Source of the DNA: PVC group bacterium
GTDB taxonomy: Bacteria > Auribacterota > Erginobacteria > Erginobacterales > Erginobacteraceae
NCBI GenBank assembly: GCA_043804695.1
Contig: JAZDIV010000081.1
Location: 1-23,607 of the forward strand
Reading direction: 5' to 3'
DNA: 23,607 nucleotides
Under the pieces are notes generated by a model. That model saw only the letters and a program-made list of their open reading frames with translations, did not search any database and had not been told where the DNA came from. Positions 18,015 to 23,607 of this stretch are shown piece after piece. Position 1 is the stretch's first letter. The number at the start of each line of letters is the position of its first letter. The translations under genes and the position numbers were made by a program.

Positions 18015-18596
18015 GTGGACCCGAAAGATTTTAATGCCATTTACGAGAAGTATGGACCCCTGGTCTGGTCGATGATCGGGAAGATGGGGGTCGCCGGTCC
18101 GGACCGGGAGGACGTCTTCATGGAGTCGTGGGAGGCCGTCTTCAGTTCCATCGGCACCTTCGACGGGCAGTCAAAGTTCTCGACCTGGCTCGCCCGGATC
18201 GTCAGGAATAAGTCCATCGATCACATCCGTAAGCACATCTTGGTTCCCCTGGACGACGAAGAACTGGCCCGCCGGGCCGATGACGCCGGGTCCCGGACGG
18301 AGGGCATGTCCTTTCTCCCCCGGGGAGCCCTGTCGCCCCGGGCGGGGGCGATCCGGCAGGAGGCGGCCGACCTGATCCGGACCGCCCTGGACGAGCTTTC
18401 CCCGCAGAGAAAATTCATCGTCGGGAAATGGATGATCGGGTTCAAGTACCGGGAGATCGCTGAAATGCTCACCGCCGCCTCCGACGACCCGGTGGATGAA
18501 AAGTACGTGGGGAAACAGATCTATTACGTTAAGATGATCCTGGCCGAGGCGCTGGCGGGGGCAGGGATAGAATCTCTTGAAGATTTATTGGAATAA
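18015..18596 (+). CDS. ECF sigma-70 factor
   Basis: EDVFMESW, FDGQSKFSTWLARIVRNKSIDHIRK, ALDELSPQRK, GFKYREIAEML. Confidence 0.9.
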   Translation: MDPKDFNAIYEKYGPLVWSMIGKMGVAGPDREDVFMESWEAVFSSIGTFDGQSKFSTWLARIVRNKSIDHIRKHILVPLDDEELARRADDAGSRTEGMSFLPRGALSPRAGAIRQEAADLIRTALDELSPQRKFIVGKWMIGFKYREIAEMLTAASDDPVDEKYVGKQIYYVKMILAEALAGAGIESLEDLLE

Positions 18597-18663
18597 AAAG
18601 GGCCGCTCATCCGACTAATCAATAAACAAGTGTTGGTCCCTATCCTTGGAAAAACTATTTTAC

Positions 18664-18763
18664 CAACCACAGAGCACACGGAGGTCACGGAGTGAAAGAT
18701 GAAAAATAAAAAAGGTTTGTTATCTGAATATCATCTCAGTGATCTCCGTGTTCTCCGTGGTTG
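18664..18763. repeat. Palindromic element with nonamer (CACGGAG) arms, copy 2
   Basis: caaccacagagcacacggaggtcacggag ... ctcagtgatctccgtgttctccgtggttg. Confidence 0.85.
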
Positions 18764-18816
18764 ATATGGTATATGAATATATGTAAGCCGGGAAACAGTA
18801 ATTGACTTAGTTGATT

Positions 18817-19839
18817 ATGCAACGTTGTCTTACAGAAGAAGAGATCAGCCGTTATCTCGACGGGGAGTTCGCGCCCCGGGAAGCCCGCGCGGCCGCGGCC
18901 CATATCGAGAAATGCCCTGCCTGCGGGGCCCTCTGCCGGAAGCTCCGCGCGTCCGGCCGGGCCCTGGAGACGTGGGCGTCGTCGGCGGTTCCCCCGGATC
19001 GGAAGAGAGGGGAAGACTGCCCCGACGAAGGGCTTTTAGCGGCGTTTGCCGACGGCAGCATCCGCGAAATAAACGCGCGCCGCGGGATCGCGGCTCACCT
19101 GGCCCGGTGCGCGCGCTGCTCCCGAATCGCCGCGGAAGCAGCCCGGGCGGCCGATCTGGCCGGCGCGGCTCAACGCGGAAAGCCGGATCCCGTTCCCGCC
19201 CGTCTTCACCGGATGATTGAGGAACGGTTCTTCCCTCGCCCGGTTTCTCTGGGGAGGATTGAGATAGACCTAGCCGAAATATGGGGGACTTTTGCCCGCT
19301 GGGTCCGGCCCCGGTTTCCAGGGCAGCTTGCCTATGCCATCTCCCCGGATTACCTGAGTCCGCAGATGGCGGCGGAAGACCGGGTGCCCTATTCCCCGCC
19401 GGAGCCCGGTGAATCCGCATTCCGGGAGGCCAAAAAGGGGGAGCCGGAAAACCGCCCCGGGGAGCGGAAGGCCGTCCGGAAGGTGAAGAGACCGCTGAGA
19501 ACGAAGCCGCTCTCCCGGGCCGCGCGGCTAAAATCCGGCAGTGCCGATAACAGGCCCTCCCCATGCCCCCGGTGGTCTTTTGAGCGGGGAGACCTCCGGG
19601 TCTCGGTCGAGGTGGCGGACGGCAAAGAAGGGGAGGGCGCCTGCCGGATAGACGTCACCGACCGGAGGGGATGCCCTCTCTCCGGCGTTCCCCTGGTGCT
19701 GGAGAAAAGCGGGCAGGAAATCTGGTCGGATACCACTCAGCTGAAGAAGGAGTCCATCTTCCCCCACCTCGTCCCCGGGCAGTACCGGCTCATCATCACC
19801 GGCGAGAATGTCTACAGCCTGGATCTTGACATCAAATAA
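18817..19839 (+). CDS. Putative anti-sigma factor with two zf-HC2 domains and a C-terminal beta-rich domain
   Basis: YLDGE...HIEKCPAC and CPDEGLLAAF...HLARCARC; follows the ECF gene. Confidence 0.75.
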   Translation: MQRCLTEEEISRYLDGEFAPREARAAAAHIEKCPACGALCRKLRASGRALETWASSAVPPDRKRGEDCPDEGLLAAFADGSIREINARRGIAAHLARCARCSRIAAEAARAADLAGAAQRGKPDPVPARLHRMIEERFFPRPVSLGRIEIDLAEIWGTFARWVRPRFPGQLAYAISPDYLSPQMAAEDRVPYSPPEPGESAFREAKKGEPENRPGERKAVRKVKRPLRTKPLSRAARLKSGSADNRPSPCPRWSFERGDLRVSVEVADGKEGEGACRIDVTDRRGCPLSGVPLVLEKSGQEIWSDTTQLKKESIFPHLVPGQYRLIITGENVYSLDLDIK

Positions 19840-19877
19840 AAATATGCGGAACACGTTAGTTCTTTGAAATTTTTTTC

Positions 19878-19910
19878 TATCCACCACCGACGCAGGGTCG
19901 GTGGTGGATA
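19878..19910. repeat. 14-bp inverted repeat, CCACCACCG family copy 2
   Basis: tatccaccaccgac-gcagg-gtcggtggtggata. Confidence 0.8.
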
Positions 19911-19959
19911 TTTGCAAAGAGCTGAAATGTTACAAATATGCTATGATGCCAATGCCAAT

Positions 19960-20202
19960 ATGAGAACAATAATACTCGAAGAGGATGTTCTCGACCGGGC
20001 GCGGGCCCTGAAGAAAAAACTCCGGATCCCATTTAAGGCAGTGATCAATCAGGCCCTGCGGATCGGGCTGGAGAAAGTGGAGGAGCCCGGATGGCGCAAG
20101 TCTTACCGGACCAGGCCGCATCCGATGGGACTGCGCAAGGGGTATGATCTGGATAACATCCGGGAACTGCTCGCCCAGGCTGAGGGAGAGGACTCCCGGT
20201 GA
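19960..20202 (+). CDS. VapB-like (RHH) antitoxin
   Basis: MRTIILEEDV...FKAVINQALRIGL...DNIRELLAQAEGE; its stop overlaps a PIN-gene GTG start. Confidence 0.8.
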   Translation: MRTIILEEDVLDRARALKKKLRIPFKAVINQALRIGLEKVEEPGWRKSYRTRPHPMGLRKGYDLDNIRELLAQAEGEDSR

Positions 20203-20279
20203 TTCTGGTTGACGCCAATATATTGTTCTATGCCGAGGATAGCCTGAGCCCCCGCCACGCCGGATCCCGTATGTGGTGA
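20199..20279 (+). pseudogene. vapC: Truncated VapC PIN toxin
   Basis: (M)ILVDANILFYAEDSLSPRHAGSRMW* followed by further in-frame stops. Confidence 0.8.
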
Positions 20280-20405
20280 GATTAATTCTCCTGAATAATC
20301 CGGGTCAGGACATTCCTCCCGTAGTGAGAATTTCCTCCCGGCGCGTTTCCCAGCGCGCCCGGCGCCGGTGGCGGGAGCCTTCCCGCCGTGATATATTTAG
20401 CCGGA

Positions 20406-23105
20406 ATGAAAAAGGGCGCCGTCATTTTCATCCTCTGCCTGGGTTTCGGGCTTTTACCGAAACCGGCCCCTGCCCAGACCCCCACACCGCCCCCCGGGAT
20501 CTCGGCCGTCTGGGCGAACAGCGGCGAGGGCAAGATAACCCGGGACGAACTGCGCGCCTCTGCCGATCCCGGGGGTGTCGTCAACTCGGTCTGGGACGGA
20601 ACCTCGGTCAGGCTCTTCGGGGCGAAGAACGAGATCGTCGCCTTCAACCTCTGCCTGGAGGCCGCCACCCGGTCGGCAGCGGGGGTAACGGTCTCCCTTA
20701 ACCGGCTGGACGGCCCGGGCGGGTCCGTGATTCAATCCTCGGCAACGACGGGGGACGGGGTTTTCAACTGGAACGGCCGTGACATCGAGCTTTTTTACAT
20801 CCGCTACCTGGAAATCGAAGGGCTGAGCCGCCTCTCCTACGAGTCGTATGACGAGCGGCACATCCCAAAGCGGTTTCGCCGCCCCTGGAGCGGTGACGGG
20901 GAGGGGAGCGGGACCTGGCTTGACCGACCCGATCACAACAAACAGTACCCCGAGATCGCCGTTCCCCTCGAACTGGTCCCGGGCTTCACTATCCAGACCG
21001 GTCAAAACCAGAGCATCTGGTGTGATATCTATATCCCGGACAATGCGCCGGCCGGGCTCTATACCGGAAGCGTTACCGTCACTGAGAACGGTGCTCCCGC
21101 CCGGCAGGTCCCCGTTGAGCTGACCGTCCGCGATTTCACCCTTCCGGACCTCCCTTCGGCCCGGACGATGCTCTTCATCAGCACCGATAACATCAACTAC
21201 CGGTATCTCGGGACGTTATATCCCACCCCGGGAACCTCCCTTTACCAGCAGAGTCTTCTGCTGGCCGACCGGCATTTTCAACTCGCCCATCGCCACCGGG
21301 TCTCCCTGATCGACGGGTATACGGATCCGGCCGATATGGACGAGGTGTGGGCCGACCGGCTGAACGGGAATCTCTTCACGCCTGCCCGTGGTTACCGGGG
21401 CCCCGGCCGGGGGGTGGGGAACAACATTTACTCGATCGGGACCTATGGCGGATGGCCCTGGCAGGGCGGGGGTGAGGCGGCGATGCGTTCGAATACGGAT
21501 CTTTGGGCGAACTGGTTCAATATCCGGAACTTCAGCACCCCCACGGAGTACTTTCTCTACCTGATCGACGAGTCGAGTGATTATCCTCAGATCGAGGAAT
21601 GGGCGCAATGGATCAACAATAACCCGGGCCCCGGCCGCCAGGTGCTCTCGATGGCCACCGTCTCCCTGGTTGACGGCGTCAACCGGACCCCGTCCCTCGA
21701 CATACCAGATTCCGGTACGGCCACCGGTATTACGGCCGACTTCCAGGCCGCTGCCGCCAGCCTGCTCTCCTCTCCCGATAAGCGGCTCTGGATGTATGCC
21801 GCCTACCGGCCCAATGTCGGTTCCATGGCCATCGAGGATGACGGGGTCAGCCCCCGGGTGACGGCCTGGGCCCAGTTCAAGAAACAGGTTGGCCGCTGGT
21901 TTTACTGGGAGTCCACCTACTACGACAACTTCCAGGGGGGTACCGGCCAGACCAATGTCTTCCGGTCGGCATTTACCTTCGGCGGCCACAGCGGTTACAA
22001 CCAGGTCCTCGGTGAGACCGGCTGGAACTACGGGAACGGCGACGGCGTCCTCTTCTATCCCGGGACCGATCTCAACTTCCCCGTCGACTCGTATGGGGTA
22101 AACGGTCCCTTTGCCAGTCTTCGCCTCAAGCACTGGCGTCGCGGTATCCAGGACGTGGATTACCTGACCCTGGCAGCGAAGGTGGCACCGGACCGGGTAT
22201 TGCAGATCGTCAGCACAATGATACCCAAAATCCTCTGGGAGTGTGGTGTCGACGACCCGACCGATCCGACCTGGATCCGGACCGACATCAGCTGGTCGAC
22301 CGATCCGGATGTCTGGGAAGCCGCCCGGCGGGAACTGGCGGATATCATCGAGGCGGGCGCGGCCCCGGTTCCCCATTCCGGGGATTACGATGGGGACGGA
22401 ACCGACGACATCGCCGTCTTCCGGCCGTTTTCCGGACTCTGGGCGGTCCGCGGCATCACCCGGCGCTATTTTGGAACGTCCTCGGCCCGCCCGGTCCCGG
22501 GGGATTACGACGGCGACGGGACCACCGATATCGGGGTCTTCCGCCCCGACACCGGCCTCTGGGCGATCGTCGATAAGACCCGCTTCTATTTCGGGAGGGA
22601 AGGGGATCGGCCGGTTCCCGGAGACTATGACGGGAACGGGATCTGTGATACGGGTATATTCCGTTCCGGCGCCGGCCTCTGGGCGATCAGAGCTGTCAGC
22701 CGGATGTACTTCGGTCGGGCCGGCGACTCCCCGGTTCCGGGCGATTATGACGGCGACGGTACGGAGGAAGCCGCCGTCTTCCGGCCGGCGGCCGGCCTCT
22801 GGGCGGTCAGGGGAGGGCCCCGGATCTATTTCGGCGGTTCCGCTGACGAACCGGTCCCCGGAGACTACGATGGCAATGGTACCAGAGACTGTGCTATCTT
22901 CCGGCCGTCACTTGAATTATGGGCGATCCATGCTGTAACCCGTATCTATTTCGGCAACGCAGCCGATACCCCGGTCTCGGCAGACTATGCGGGGAGCGGG
23001 ACTGACTCGATCGGCATCTTTCGGCCTTACTCCGGCCTCTGGGCGATCAGGAAACTCACCCGAGTCTATTACGGGACTACGGGAGACATACCGGTTACGA
23101 GGTAG
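20406..23105 (+). CDS. Secreted GH123/DUF4091-like putative glycoside hydrolase with six C-terminal FG-GAP/VCBS-like repeats
   Basis: Signal peptide; [17 protein letters not shown]...[37 protein letters not shown]. Confidence 0.7.
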   Translation: MKKGAVIFILCLGFGLLPKPAPAQTPTPPPGISAVWANSGEGKITRDELRASADPGGVVNSVWDGTSVRLFGAKNEIVAFNLCLEAATRSAAGVTVSLNRLDGPGGSVIQSSATTGDGVFNWNGRDIELFYIRYLEIEGLSRLSYESYDERHIPKRFRRPWSGDGEGSGTWLDRPDHNKQYPEIAVPLELVPGFTIQTGQNQSIWCDIYIPDNAPAGLYTGSVTVTENGAPARQVPVELTVRDFTLPDLPSARTMLFISTDNINYRYLGTLYPTPGTSLYQQSLLLADRHFQLAHRHRVSLIDGYTDPADMDEVWADRLNGNLFTPARGYRGPGRGVGNNIYSIGTYGGWPWQGGGEAAMRSNTDLWANWFNIRNFSTPTEYFLYLIDESSDYPQIEEWAQWINNNPGPGRQVLSMATVSLVDGVNRTPSLDIPDSGTATGITADFQAAAASLLSSPDKRLWMYAAYRPNVGSMAIEDDGVSPRVTAWAQFKKQVGRWFYWESTYYDNFQGGTGQTNVFRSAFTFGGHSGYNQVLGETGWNYGNGDGVLFYPGTDLNFPVDSYGVNGPFASLRLKHWRRGIQDVDYLTLAAKVAPDRVLQIVSTMIPKILWECGVDDPTDPTWIRTDISWSTDPDVWEAARRELADIIEAGAAPVPHSGDYDGDGTDDIAVFRPFSGLWAVRGITRRYFGTSSARPVPGDYDGDGTTDIGVFRPDTGLWAIVDKTRFYFGREGDRPVPGDYDGNGICDTGIFRSGAGLWAIRAVSRMYFGRAGDSPVPGDYDGDGTEEAAVFRPAAGLWAVRGGPRIYFGGSADEPVPGDYDGNGTRDCAIFRPSLELWAIHAVTRIYFGNAADTPVSADYAGSGTDSIGIFRPYSGLWAIRKLTRVYYGTTGDIPVTR
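22380..23102 (+). repeat. Six tandem 120-bp (40-aa) coding repeats
   Basis: GDYDGDG..D..IFRP..GLWA....TR.YFG...D.PV units starting at 22380, 22500, 22620, 22740, 22860, 22980. Confidence 0.92.
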
Positions 23106-23198
23106 AATCCAATCCGAGGTTGTCCCCTATTTTGCGCCTTAAAATGTAGATTTTGACCCTGCTTGCAGACAATGGGGCCGCGGGCGAGAGCCGGACAA

Positions 23199-23233
23199 CC
23201 TGTATCCTGTATCCTGTATCCTGTATCCTGTAT
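23199..23233 (+). repeat. Heptamer tandem repeat (CCTGTAT)x5
   Basis: Five perfect copies, plus degenerate copies to about 23260. Confidence 0.92.
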
Positions 23234-23300
23234 CTATCAATCATCCTGTATCCGATATCTTGCCTCATGTAATTTGCCGCTTCGGAATTTTAATAAAGTA

Positions 23301-23368
23301 TCTGTGGGAGGGGTTTTCAACCCCGATTTAGTGTGCAGGGAATCGGGCTTAAAAAGTCCTCCCACAGA
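23301..23368. repeat. GTGG-headed REP doublet (REPIN-like)
   Basis: tctgtgggaggggttttcaaccccgatt ... aatcgggcttaaaaagtcctcccacaga; each arm has an internal imperfect palindrome. Confidence 0.8.
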
Positions 23369-23370
23369 AG

Positions 23371-23387
23371 TTAGCGCGAAGCGCTAA
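23371..23387 (+). repeat. TTAGCGC-GAA-GCGCTAA mini-hairpin (copy 5)
   Basis: Perfect 7-bp stem with GAA loop. Confidence 0.88.
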
Positions 23388-23391
23388 GTTC

Positions 23392-23607
23392 CTGTTTCGG
23401 AATTTCAATAATCAGATAAATCCGATTATTGAACTCCCGAAACAGACGGGAAAGCAACCTGGATCAACTCATGTCCTTTTCTGGTTTAAAATCTAAAGGG
23501 TTAAATGTCACTTCTTGTACAATAGAATTCGAACTAATCCCCGTACATCATCCGACTGTTACCGGTTTGAATAGTATAACCCGCAATAAGTAACTAAATT
23601 TGCGACC
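23392..23607 (+). repeat. CTGTTTCGG family element, copy 2 (runs off the window)
   Basis: IR 23392-23417/23420-23445 (23/26), ACGGGAAAGCAACC, TCGAACTAA, ends ACTAAATTTGCGACC. Confidence 0.75.

Noticed and set aside
22380..23102. CRISPR array
   Set aside because: The repeats are in-frame 120-bp coding units with no unique spacers and no cas genes; the other tandem repeats are 7-10-mers.
23163..23387. 74-aa ORF
   Set aside because: Translation of heptamer and REP repeats.

Overview
GC-rich bacterial chromosomal window. Left to right: a 5'-truncated RAYT-like Y1 (HUH) transposase; BrnT/BrnA and VapBC toxin-antitoxin pairs; a voltage-sensor-like domain fused to CorA, divergent from an orphan NtrC-family regulator; tRNA-Leu(TAA); a btuFCD-like ABC importer; a TPAT-type TRAP system (TatT, DctP, fused DctQM); queDEFC; an RNase D-like exonuclease; several gene remnants; an ECF sigma factor with a double zinc-finger anti-sigma; and a secreted GH123/DUF4091-like protein with six 40-aa C-terminal repeats. 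The most unusual signal is non-coding. Most gene junctions, even inside the operons, hold an AT-richer palindromic element, drawn from many unrelated families. Several of these families end in the same co-oriented TTAGCGC-GAA-GCGCTAA mini-hairpin, often abutting the next start codon. This suggests a modular, possibly RAYT-mobilised repeat system. All calls come from motif reading by eye; no searches were run.
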